28,818 bases of DNA from a virus (lineage: Duplodnaviria; Caudoviricetes): IMG/VR virus record IMGVR_UViG_3300032285_000182, positions 1 through 28,818 of that record. One strand, 5' to 3'. The notes under the pieces were generated by a model. The model did no database searches. It was given only the letters and a program-made list of their open reading frames with translations, and was not told the DNA's origin. Positions 9,143-17,819 of this stretch are shown piece after piece. Both the position numbers and the translations under genes were made by a program. Numbering within the stretch: position 1 is the first letter of the stretch; every line of letters begins with the position of its first letter.

Positions 9143-10294
9143 TTAGAATCCGAAAATAATTGAGTAACCAAGATAATCTGATTTTACAGATTGATCAAGG
9201 TTGTTAATAGAAACAATACCATCTAATCGCAATACACCGCAATCATATGAAAGTGGAACTGAGCCACCGACTGAGCCAAGATCTTCAGTAGCAATAATAT
9301 TGCTATCATATGTATATCCAAGATCTGACGTTGCTTGCGCTGCGAAAACTGCAGAAGAACCAGAAGTACCAGTATATCCAATTTGAATACCACCACTAGT
9401 ATTAGTAATTTGAATATATGAACCAGCACTAATTCGATTCAGAGTAAATCCATTTGAGGAATTACCAATTAAGATTTGACCAATCTCTGGTAGAGTTGTT
9501 TGGCCAGTGCCACCCTGAGCGATACCCAATTGAGTAGTCAGAGTTAAAGAATTTAAAGTTGTATCACCAGCATTAAGCGTGCTACTTAAAGTAGTTGCAC
9601 CAGTAACACCTAATGTTCCACCAATAGTAGTATTACCAGTAATCCCCATAGTTGAGGAGAATGTACCAGTTGTACCAGTAATACCAGCTGCAACAATACT
9701 AGCAAGAGTACCAGTAATTACTTCAGAAGTATTAGTTGTATTTAATAGGAAACGAATATCACCAGTTGATTGTTTGTAACCAATGAAACCATATTTGTTG
9801 CCACTAGAATAGTAGTTAAATTCTAGTCCACGATCTTTGCTATCATTAGAAGATAGAGCGCCACCACCAGAAGCAGTTCCAATTCTAATAATCGGATCAA
9901 CAATAGTAGTTACTGTTGAGTTAATTGTCTCAGTAGTACCATTAAGTGTGATATTTCCAGTAACAGTTAAGTTACCACCAATGGTTGTATTTCCAGATAC
10001 TGATAAATTTTGATTTAATGCTGTGCTACTAGTAACAGTTAATGATCCACCAATACTAGTTGAACCGCTCAGTGTTAAACCATTTGCTGAAATATTACCA
10101 GAACCTAATGCTAATGAAGATCCAAGAATAATATTATTTAAATCTGCACGTGCGGTCTCATACCCACCAGCATGTGTTGCATCATGGATATGTAAAGAAT
10201 TGTTACTGGTATTAAGTGTGAGTTCTCCACTGGCACCAGTAAACGATTGATGTTGAGTAGCAGTACCTCTTCTAACTTGTAATTGAATAGACAT
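9143..10294 (-). CDS. Tail fibre-like protein with Mtd_N-like (QxRRGT) N-terminal domain
   Basis: N-terminus QLQVRRGTATQHQSFTGASGELTLNT...HIHD. Shares the GNLTV...DPII...D.GL.F.YY segment with the 596-aa gene. Confidence 0.72.
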   Translation of the reverse strand: MSIQLQVRRGTATQHQSFTGASGELTLNTSNNSLHIHDATHAGGYETARADLNNIILGSSLALGSGNISANGLTLSGSTSIGGSLTVTSSTALNQNLSVSGNTTIGGNLTVTGNITLNGTTETINSTVTTIVDPIIRIGTASGGGALSSNDSKDRGLEFNYYSSGNKYGFIGYKQSTGDIRFLLNTTNTSEVITGTLASIVAAGITGTTGTFSSTMGITGNTTIGGTLGVTGATTLSSTLNAGDTTLNSLTLTTQLGIAQGGTGQTTLPEIGQILIGNSSNGFTLNRISAGSYIQITNTSGGIQIGYTGTSGSSAVFAAQATSDLGYTYDSNIIATEDLGSVGGSVPLSYDCGVLRLDGIVSINNLDQSVKSDYLGYSIIFGF

Positions 10295-10305
10295 ATATTA
10301 TTCTC

Positions 10306-12903
10306 TTATACTATTGAACCGTGATCTTGCACAGTCATAACTGTTTCAGTGATATATCCAAAATCATAAGGAACAACACCCGAAGCAGTAGAACCACTTG
10401 CGCCAGTAACAGCAACAGTACCATCACTAGCAATTTGTAAACCACTACCAATTTTGATACCACCAAGTACTGAAGGTGATGCGATAGGTAAAGTATAACT
10501 TCCGCCACCACCTCCACCAGAAGAAGCAGCCCACTGAACACCAGATCCAGTAGATGTTAAAACATAGCCACTTGTACCAGTACTACCACCAACAGTTAAT
10601 GAACCAGTAATTATTGGACTATTTAGTGTTTTATTAGTTAGTGTTTGAGAATCAGTATTTGTAGTTACAACTGAAGTATCTACAGAAATAGTACCAGTTG
10701 TAGTAATTGCACCAGCAGTAGAACTTGTTAAACCAGTACCTGCTGAGATAGAAGTTACTGTTCCAGAACCACCGCCAGAAGCAGTAGAACTAATAACACC
10801 ATTACCATCGATAGTGATAGATGAACCATCAACTTTAACAGCACCAAATGCGCTTGTTGTTGCAACAGGTAATCTAGCAGAAGCGATAGTACCAGTAAGA
10901 TTACTTGCTGCTAATGAACCAGAAAGGGTTGTTGCGCTGAATGTTCCAGTTAATGCTAAAGTGCTAGTACCAGAATTCCATGTTAGAGAAGTAAGTGGAC
11001 TAACCGCAGTTGTTGAACTTGCGTAATAAGTTAGTTGACCAGCAGTACCTGTATTAACAGTTCCTGAACCAGATCCGCCACCTCCGCCTGTTGAACTAAT
11101 AATTCCATTAGCATCAATAGTAATAGAAGAACCATCAACACGAACCGCACCAAGATTAGTTGTGGATGCTTTAGGTAAGTTAGAAGATTGGATAGTTCCA
11201 ACGATATTACCAGCAGTAACAGAACCAGCTGAACCAGTAACACTACCAGAGATTGGGTTTGTTACTGTTAGATTGGTTAGTGTACCAACTGAAGTTAAAC
11301 TTGAATTAACTACGTTCGCAGCTAATGTTGTTCCTGTTAATTGACCAGCTGCGGCAGCACCAACTGCTGCAACGGCAGAAATAACACCACCAGTAATTGT
11401 AATAGATGTACCATCAATCTTAACAGCACCAAGGGTTGATGTAGTTGCTGTTGGTAATCTAGCAGCAGCTAATGTGCCACTAGAGATATTTGAAGCATTA
11501 GTTGTATCAGTGGTTGCTGAAGTAGCAAGACCAGTAATTTTGCTACCAGCTAAACTTGTAATCCAAGTAGGGTTAGCATATGATACTGTTGTATAAACAC
11601 CATTAGTAACAGAACCAGCATTTCCAGTAACGCTACCAGCAATAGGATTAGTAACAGTAAGATCTGTTAAAGTTCCAAGAGAAGTTAAACTAGAAGTAAC
11701 TACATTGGCAGCAAGAGTAGTTCCAGTTAATGCGCCAGCAGGAGCAGTAAGTCCAGATTGCGTGACAGATATAATACCAGTAGAAATACCAATGGTAGTT
11801 CCATCAACTTTAACTGCACCAAGCTGAGTAGCTGAAGCAGTGGCTAAACCAATAGTTCCACTTGTATTAGTGATACCAGAAGTAGAAACAACTGGGATAA
11901 TTACACCACCAAGCGTTGTAGTATTAGCAGCTGGTAAACTATATGAAGTTGCAGCAGCAGCCCACTGAACACCAGTACCAGTAGAAGTTAAAACATAACC
12001 AGAAGTTCCAGCACTAGCACCAGCAGTAACAGTACCTGTTAATGTTATGTTGTTCGCTGTTGCGCTATTAACAGTTGGACTTGTTAAAGTTTTATTTGTT
12101 AAAGTCTGTGAACCAGTTAAAGTTACAACACTGGTTGTGCCAGTTAAATCAGCATATGCACCACTGAATAATGTTGGTTTGTTTAATAAGTCGGAATATG
12201 AACCAGTGGTAGCAACAGTGGCTAATGTTGGAGCGCCAGATAAACTTGTATATGCGCCATCAAAAACAGTAGAAATTGTTCCAGCAGTAACACTTAAACC
12301 AGAACCAACAATTACACCACCAAGTGTTGAAATGGTTGCAGCTGGTAAAGTATATGTTGCTGGCATTGCTGCCCAAGCAACACCAGTACCAGTAGATTTT
12401 AAATAATATCCATTAGTACCTACTGAACCACCAGCAGAAAGTGTTCCTGTTAAAACTGCATTACCAATAGATGGTGCAGTTAAAGTTTTATTTGTAAGAG
12501 TTTGAGAAGCAGCAATCTCAACTAATGTTTTACGACCACTACCACTACCGATAGTAAGAGTACCGATAGACGAATCATAAACTGCTGAAGCAACATCAGT
12601 CTGGCTAGCAGAAGTTGCTGTTGGTAAAATTAAAACGCCAGTATTAAGGGTTACAGTACCCTGATTAATACTTGGTGTAGTAAGAGTAGGGCTTGTGAGG
12701 GTTTTATTTGTTAGGGTTTGGGAAGCAGTTAGCGTTACAACATCTGAGTTATAAGCAGAAAAGGATTGGATTACATTATTAGTATTTTTAAAATACAGTG
12801 CGCCATCAGCATAGTTTAATGCCAATTCACCGTAATCCAAGTCAGTCGCTGTTGGCTGTTTGCCTATAACAGACGACTTCTTGAGTAAAACTTTATTACT
12901 CAT
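10306..12903 (-). CDS. Long repeat-rich tail fibre protein (T4 gp37-like N-terminus)
   Basis: N-terminus LLKKSSVIGKQPTATDLDYGELALNYADGALYFK resembles the T4 gp37 start (KRS...GELAIN). Multiple SQTLTNKTL and LPxATxxxLGxVK repeats. Confidence 0.8.
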   Translation of the reverse strand: MSNKVLLKKSSVIGKQPTATDLDYGELALNYADGALYFKNTNNVIQSFSAYNSDVVTLTASQTLTNKTLTSPTLTTPSINQGTVTLNTGVLILPTATSASQTDVASAVYDSSIGTLTIGSGSGRKTLVEIAASQTLTNKTLTAPSIGNAVLTGTLSAGGSVGTNGYYLKSTGTGVAWAAMPATYTLPAATISTLGGVIVGSGLSVTAGTISTVFDGAYTSLSGAPTLATVATTGSYSDLLNKPTLFSGAYADLTGTTSVVTLTGSQTLTNKTLTSPTVNSATANNITLTGTVTAGASAGTSGYVLTSTGTGVQWAAAATSYSLPAANTTTLGGVIIPVVSTSGITNTSGTIGLATASATQLGAVKVDGTTIGISTGIISVTQSGLTAPAGALTGTTLAANVVTSSLTSLGTLTDLTVTNPIAGSVTGNAGSVTNGVYTTVSYANPTWITSLAGSKITGLATSATTDTTNASNISSGTLAAARLPTATTSTLGAVKIDGTSITITGGVISAVAAVGAAAAGQLTGTTLAANVVNSSLTSVGTLTNLTVTNPISGSVTGSAGSVTAGNIVGTIQSSNLPKASTTNLGAVRVDGSSITIDANGIISSTGGGGGSGSGTVNTGTAGQLTYYASSTTAVSPLTSLTWNSGTSTLALTGTFSATTLSGSLAASNLTGTIASARLPVATTSAFGAVKVDGSSITIDGNGVISSTASGGGSGTVTSISAGTGLTSSTAGAITTTGTISVDTSVVTTNTDSQTLTNKTLNSPIITGSLTVGGSTGTSGYVLTSTGSGVQWAASSGGGGGGSYTLPIASPSVLGGIKIGSGLQIASDGTVAVTGASGSTASGVVPYDFGYITETVMTVQDHGSIV
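11215..11739 (-). repeat. Intragenic 45-aa (135-nt) duplication in the 865-aa fibre
   Basis: 11605-11739 AGALTGTTLAANVVTSSLTSLGTLTDLTVTNPIAGSVTGNAGSVT versus 11215-11349 AGQLTGTTLAANVVNSSLTSVGTLTNLTVTNPISGSVTGSAGSVT. Confidence 0.9.
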
Positions 12904-12924
12904 CCATATCCCTAAAAAGGTTAT

Positions 12925-12944
12925 CTGGGGATAAAAATCCCCAG
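12925..12944. other. Perfect 8-bp inverted repeat (hairpin) in an intergenic gap
   Basis: ctggggat-aaaa-atccccag. Either a terminator or a 5' stabilising stem-loop just downstream of the late promoter at 12955-12962. Confidence 0.7.
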
Positions 12945-12954
12945 TATTATACTA

Positions 12955-12962
12955 TATTTAGT
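12955..12962 (-). promoter_or_regulatory. Putative late promoter ACTAAATA abutting the stop codon of the 963-aa gene
   Basis: Plus strand tatttagt at 12955-12962. Confidence 0.6.
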
Positions 12963-15853
12963 TAGTACGTACCACCATCAATTTGGAAACCATCCAAAGT
13001 TGATGTCGCAGCGCCAGCACCAGTAATATTGGTACCAACGTAGATTGATTTTGCAACAGACAAACCACCACTCAATACAACTGGGGCAGTTCCGAGAGCA
13101 GAAGCATCAGTAGTAGAAGTGAATGTTACATTACCAGAAGCAGAAACAGTAGTACCACTGAAACTAGAAGCAGTAATAGTTTTGTTACTTAACGCTTCAG
13201 TACCTGCCAAAGTAGCAAGAGTACCACTTGTTGGTAATGTTAAAGAAGTAGAAGCAGTGGCTGTTAATGTAATACCATATGCACCACTAGTAGTTAACGC
13301 ACCTGCTAAAGATACGTTACCACCAAGAGTAATAGTATTTGATCCGTTATTTACACCAGTACCACCATAAGTAGCACCAATTACTGTAGCATTCCAAGTA
13401 CCAGTAGCAATAGTACCAAGAGTAGTAATAGATGTTTGACCAACATAACTTGCAGAAATATCAACAGAGTCAGCAAGTACGCTAATTCTGTTAGTTGTTC
13501 CAACTACGTTTAGAGTATTGCCAGACTTAGTTAAACCATCACCAGCGATAACTTGACCAGCACCAGAGAACTGAACAAAAGTAAGTGCAGTACTATCAAT
13601 AGTTACTGAGCCATCAGTTGTTAATACCCAACCAGAATCTTGGTTTACTGTACCTTCTTCAACGAAAGTAAACATTCCTGGAGTAACTTCACCAGACGGA
13701 GAATTATCCGCATCAGTGGCACGAGTCAATACCCAGTTTGTAGAAGCAGTACCAACAGTTGTAACAGTATAGATACCATTATTTGCTTGTGTAGTTTGAT
13801 CTTTAACAAGAACACGATCACCAGAAACTAAAACAACCGAGTCAATAGTAATTGCAGCTTGTGTACCAGAGTTAGTAAGAGTTTTACCAGCACCAGTACC
13901 AGAAGCAGTAGCAGTTAAATTACCAGTAGTGGCAACACGAACTGAATCTTTAATATCCAGTGCTTGCTTAACTGAGTCAACATAACCCTTAGTGGCAGCA
14001 TCAGTAGTTTGAGTTGGAGAACCAACTGAAGTAATACGGAAACCACCAACGTCAACAGTACCTGTACCAGTTGGTGTAAGGTTAACGCTTTGGTTAGAAC
14101 CACCAGCTGCGAAAGTTAATGAACCAGTACCAGTAATAGAACCAGTTGTAGATCCAGTACCACCATACGCAACACCAACAGTATTACCGTTCCAAGTAGA
14201 ACCAGTAGATAATGTTTTATTAGTTAATGTTTCAGAACCAGCAAGAGTTGCTAAAGTACCAGTAGTTGGTAGAGTAACAGTTGTAGTATTTGTTGCAGTT
14301 AATGTTACACTGTAAGCACCTGCAGTAGCAAGAGTGCTTCCATCATATAGAGTTAAAGTTGCGCCAGTTGCAGGAGCAGTAAACGCTACTTTATTAATAG
14401 AAGTAGCAGTTGCAACACCAAGAACTGGAGTAATTAGAGTTGGTGTATTAGCAAGAACAACTGCACCAGTGCCAGTTACAGCGGTAATACCTGTTCCATT
14501 AATCTGGAACACATTGCCTGTTGCAGCAGTATTAAATGTCTTGTTAGTAAATGTATCAGTAGTAGCACGACCAACTAAAGTATCTGTAGAAGTTGGTAGA
14601 GTTAATGTACCACTGTTAACAATAGTAGAAAAACTTGGTGATGTTAGTGATGGGCTGCTAGCAAAAACAAGAGCACCAGAACCAGTCTCATCTGAAACTG
14701 CAGTTGCTAACTGCGCAGATGTCATAGTAATGGTGTTAGAACCAAAACTAATTGTCTTGTTAGTTAGCGTATCAGTTGTTGCCTTACCAACTAAAGTATC
14801 AGTTGCAGCTGGTAGAGTTAATGTACCAGAAGCAGTTGCTGAAGCAACTAGAGTAGTTGTACCAGAAGTAGAGCCAGAGAAATTAGCACCAGCAGAACCA
14901 ATAGTTGGAGTTGTAAGAGACGGACTTACTGCTAATACATTTGCGCCAGAACCAGTATTACTTGAATAACCAGTGTATTCATATACCCAAGTCTCAGTTC
15001 CAGTCGAAGCAACAGTAAACGTCGCCTGAGTTCCACCAAGAATAGTAGCAACAGCACCTGATGCTGAAGTTTGAATTGTTAACGAACCAGTACTATTATT
15101 GGTAATAAAGAATTCTTGACCAACAGTAAGGGTAGCAGTAGAAGGTAACTTAACAGTCTGAGTAGTTGAACCAGTAAAAAATTGGTTAGCCGAACTAGAA
15201 GATGTTAGAGTAGTTGTACCTGCACCAGTTGCAGTAGAAGTATACCCACCAGCACCGATAGAAGAAATTGTAACTGTTTGACCAGATACAGAAGTGGTAA
15301 TACCATTACCACCAGTAAAAGTTAATGTCTGAGATAGTAGAGCAACAGAACCAGTAGTAGAACCACCAGCTGCTAAACTTAGAGTAGCAGCAGAAGCAGC
15401 CCAAGTAGATGTACCACTACCATCAGTAGTTAAAACATAACCATTAGTACCAGCTGATCTTGGTAATGTCCAAGTACCAGCAATCTGGACCATACCAGTG
15501 CCATTTGGATTAAGTACTAAATTACCATTTGTATTAGTTGTACTTAAAGTATTACCAAGTAATTGAGTATTACCAACTAACCATTTATCGATTGTACCAG
15601 TTGCTGATAGAACTGGGATTGACGATGCGCTAGTAGTTAATGTACCAGCAGTTGATGCGTCGATTAAACCAGTATAGTAAGTACCACCGATTACGTAGTG
15701 GTTTACTGCGTTACCTGAAGTCTCTGCTCCAATACCGATGTATAAACGATTACCACCTGATCCACTGAAGGCTGAATACGCTAATTCACCTGCGCCAAGG
15801 GTACTAGGATTACCTGCTGTCGATGAACGCTTTATTCTAATTATTGATGCCAT
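12962..15853 (-). CDS. Long tail fibre protein
   Basis: N-terminus IRIKRSSTAGNPSTLGAGELAYS, TLTNKT repeats, the common fibre module DAATKGYVD...KDSVRVATT...GDRVLVKDQT...NGIY...LTRATDAD, C-terminal IDGGTY. Confidence 0.8.
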   Translation of the reverse strand: MASIIRIKRSSTAGNPSTLGAGELAYSAFSGSGGNRLYIGIGAETSGNAVNHYVIGGTYYTGLIDASTAGTLTTSASSIPVLSATGTIDKWLVGNTQLLGNTLSTTNTNGNLVLNPNGTGMVQIAGTWTLPRSAGTNGYVLTTDGSGTSTWAASAATLSLAAGGSTTGSVALLSQTLTFTGGNGITTSVSGQTVTISSIGAGGYTSTATGAGTTTLTSSSSANQFFTGSTTQTVKLPSTATLTVGQEFFITNNSTGSLTIQTSASGAVATILGGTQATFTVASTGTETWVYEYTGYSSNTGSGANVLAVSPSLTTPTIGSAGANFSGSTSGTTTLVASATASGTLTLPAATDTLVGKATTDTLTNKTISFGSNTITMTSAQLATAVSDETGSGALVFASSPSLTSPSFSTIVNSGTLTLPTSTDTLVGRATTDTFTNKTFNTAATGNVFQINGTGITAVTGTGAVVLANTPTLITPVLGVATATSINKVAFTAPATGATLTLYDGSTLATAGAYSVTLTATNTTTVTLPTTGTLATLAGSETLTNKTLSTGSTWNGNTVGVAYGGTGSTTGSITGTGSLTFAAGGSNQSVNLTPTGTGTVDVGGFRITSVGSPTQTTDAATKGYVDSVKQALDIKDSVRVATTGNLTATASGTGAGKTLTNSGTQAAITIDSVVLVSGDRVLVKDQTTQANNGIYTVTTVGTASTNWVLTRATDADNSPSGEVTPGMFTFVEEGTVNQDSGWVLTTDGSVTIDSTALTFVQFSGAGQVIAGDGLTKSGNTLNVVGTTNRISVLADSVDISASYVGQTSITTLGTIATGTWNATVIGATYGGTGVNNGSNTITLGGNVSLAGALTTSGAYGITLTATASTSLTLPTSGTLATLAGTEALSNKTITASSFSGTTVSASGNVTFTSTTDASALGTAPVVLSGGLSVAKSIYVGTNITGAGAATSTLDGFQIDGGTY

Positions 15854-15867
15854 CTTTTATTCTCCGA

Positions 15868-16119
15868 TTAAAATTCGCCACCTTCCATATTCTGCGCATC
15901 TAGCGTAGTGGAAGCTGTCCATTTATTTGTATTTGTTTTGTAAACTAGTATGGACCCGTTTACTTTACCGTAAGTAGTAATATCGACATCGGCGATATTT
16001 GAAATCGATTCAACCACAGCTGGCGCAGCTAAGTTTGTCGATGAAAGTGTAAGAACACCTTCTGAAACTGCGACCGATAATGCTTGGTCTGGGGTTACAA
16101 CTGCTACTGTATCTGCCAT
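15868..16119 (-). CDS. Small fibre-associated adaptor-like protein
   Basis: 83 aa with a DVD...NGSILVY...KW fibre repeat and C-terminal EGGEF. TAATG stop/start overlap with the upstream gene at 16117-16121. Confidence 0.6.
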   Translation of the reverse strand: MADTVAVVTPDQALSVAVSEGVLTLSSTNLAAPAVVESISNIADVDITTYGKVNGSILVYKTNTNKWTASTTLDAQNMEGGEF

Positions 16120-16454
16120 TATATTTGTGTTATCTGTGGGGTTATAGTTACGATACCTTCTACAACTCTGGTTTTAGTACCAGAAGCAGAAGTGATCTCC
16201 ACGTCATATAGCCATCTCCCTGCGGGAATAGCTGAAGAAGCTGAAGCGGATAGTTGGAGTCTCACTTTACCGTTAGCTGCATCATAGACTGATGCGGTAA
16301 ATGCGTATGCCGTGGATGAACTGTAGGACTTTCTCATTTGAGAAGCTACAGTATACCCACCTAAATTCAGAGGTTGTCCGTTGGTTGAACTTACAGTAAT
16401 TATGTTACTGTAATCGCTTCCAGCGTCCACGAAAAGATTGCTAATAGTAGCCAT
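16119..16454 (-). CDS. Conserved small virion structural protein (BppU N-terminal-like beta sandwich)
   Basis: NLFVDAGSDY...LNLGGYTVASQMRKSY...GRWLYDVEI...RVVEGIVTITP. I recognise this pattern from aquatic T4-like phage structural modules. Confidence 0.7.
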   Translation of the reverse strand: MATISNLFVDAGSDYSNIITVSSTNGQPLNLGGYTVASQMRKSYSSSTAYAFTASVYDAANGKVRLQLSASASSAIPAGRWLYDVEITSASGTKTRVVEGIVTITPQITQI

Positions 16455-16486
16455 TGACCCATCCTAAACACTATTCTTATACATCT

Positions 16487-17554
16487 TTATTTATAAGATA
16501 CGGAAGTTGGGCTTTGCAGATCGTTTAGATAAACATTTGAGTAATCATTGAGGAGAAATATCCATTTATGACCAAAGTTAGAAAGATTCGATGTTCGGTT
16601 TAATTTACTAAATGCAAAATCTTTATTTGTAAATTCTCCAATAAAATCTCGTAACTGCCAGCGTTCATCTAGGTATGTTCCATCTCGCGATTGAGGATCT
16701 TTATTAAAAAGAGCCCAATTCTGAAAATCATCAGTATTAAAAAAAGAATAAACCCTCTTAGATTTATCTGGTCCAATACCTATGTATCTATTGCTATTTG
16801 TACTATACCAATTACAGCAGAAACCTACCCAAAATCTAAGATCATGTATAGTCTCAAGTTTTCTTGGGCATTTCTTAATTAAAGTATCAATAAATTCTAA
16901 ATTATTTTCAGCAAGAACTGATTCATAAGGTTTATCCCAATAAATTTTTACGGGATCTTCAACAGGATTTTTAAATATCATCCAGGTGTCAGGCATATTG
17001 GTCTTAATTTCTGGGTAGAATATATTATTCCCCATACATCCTGTTACTAAAATTTCATCTTCTGGGATATTAAAATTCTCGTAATACTCTAAATTTGTAT
17101 GAATATCATACTGGAACTTATCTTTTATGTAGCGATCAAATATATCTCCAGACTCTATCACAGAACTATATGTTCCATAAACTTTTATTTGAGACTTGTC
17201 ATTTGCGTACTTGTATAATGTAAATAAAACGAAAGTACTATCAATCCCACCACTCCAGGAAACATTAATAGGTTTACCCATAGAAAGCAGTTGTAATGCT
17301 CTTTCTTCAGCAATTTGATAAAACGATTTATTAAAATAAGGATTTATTTCTGGTAGAGGAAATCCTGAAGAATCCACATTTAAATAATGTGGGATAGAAT
17401 TAGATCTATCATAAAAGAATTTAAATGCTGGGAAGTTATCCTTATGAGACTCATATATCTCTAGAGCATTTTCAGGATAATATTCTTCTGGAAGTTTACC
17501 TTGAACTAATAACTCATCTACTATACGTTTATTACAAGTTAATATTTTTTTCAT
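16487..17554 (-). CDS. PP-loop (adenine nucleotide alpha-hydrolase) ATPase, asparagine-synthetase C-terminal-like
   Basis: SWSGGIDST PP-loop at 17234-17260, VTGCMGN resembling the AsnB L(S/T)GxG(A/G)D motif, and a downstream FF..DF..W segment. No N-terminal Cys glutaminase domain. Confidence 0.7.
   Translation of the reverse strand: MKKILTCNKRIVDELLVQGKLPEEYYPENALEIYESHKDNFPAFKFFYDRSNSIPHYLNVDSSGFPLPEINPYFNKSFYQIAEERALQLLSMGKPINVSWSGGIDSTFVLFTLYKYANDKSQIKVYGTYSSVIESGDIFDRYIKDKFQYDIHTNLEYYENFNIPEDEILVTGCMGNNIFYPEIKTNMPDTWMIFKNPVEDPVKIYWDKPYESVLAENNLEFIDTLIKKCPRKLETIHDLRFWVGFCCNWYSTNSNRYIGIGPDKSKRVYSFFNTDDFQNWALFNKDPQSRDGTYLDERWQLRDFIGEFTNKDFAFSKLNRTSNLSNFGHKWIFLLNDYSNVYLNDLQSPTSVSYK
16488..16495 (-). 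promoter_or_regulatory. T4 late promoter, perfect consensus TATAAATA, in the last codons of the PP-loop gene
   Basis: Plus strand tatttata at 16488-16495, 34 nt upstream of the ATG at 16454. Confidence 0.75.
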
Positions 17555-17819
17555 ATATTGTCAAATCAATTTTCCATTTAATAGAATCATATTTTCTAAC
17601 AACAGGAATTTGGTGTTTTTGTATAATAGAATAATCAATTTTAGATAATAAATTTAAATCCTCTATGAGCGATTCAGGAACTTGGGTAAAATCACCCTCA
17701 AGAGTATTCGGATCTGAATTCAAAGAATTATAATAATATACTCTATGAACATAATGCCAATCTGGATCAAATTCATTATGGAAAACTGACCAAATGTTTC
17801 CATCTAAAAATGGTTTCAT
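17532..17819 (-). CDS. Hypothetical 95-aa protein
   Basis: ATGA overlap with the radical SAM stop (17816-17819) and 23-nt overlap with the PP-loop gene. Fills the gap exactly. Confidence 0.65.
   Translation of the reverse strand: MKPFLDGNIWSVFHNEFDPDWHYVHRVYYYNSLNSDPNTLEGDFTQVPESLIEDLNLLSKIDYSIIQKHQIPVVRKYDSIKWKIDLTIYEKNINL

Noticed and set aside
4443-10294. Possible diversity-generating retroelement suggested by the Mtd_N-like domains
   Set aside because: No reverse transcriptase, no template/variable repeat pair and no C-type lectin-like end is visible in the window. Mtd_N-like domains are generic fibre N-termini.
14334-14969. 211-aa plus-strand ORF and the other plus-strand ORFs (e.g. 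4000-4260, 12047-12406, 22720-23001)
   Set aside because: Antisense shadows of Gly/Thr/Ala-rich minus-strand genes, rich in Val/Pro/Leu. They are fully nested in real genes and oppose the uniform transcription direction.
10306-15853. Repetitive DNA considered as a CRISPR array or satellite
   Set aside because: The repeats are degenerate, in-frame protein repeats without constant repeat-spacer periodicity.
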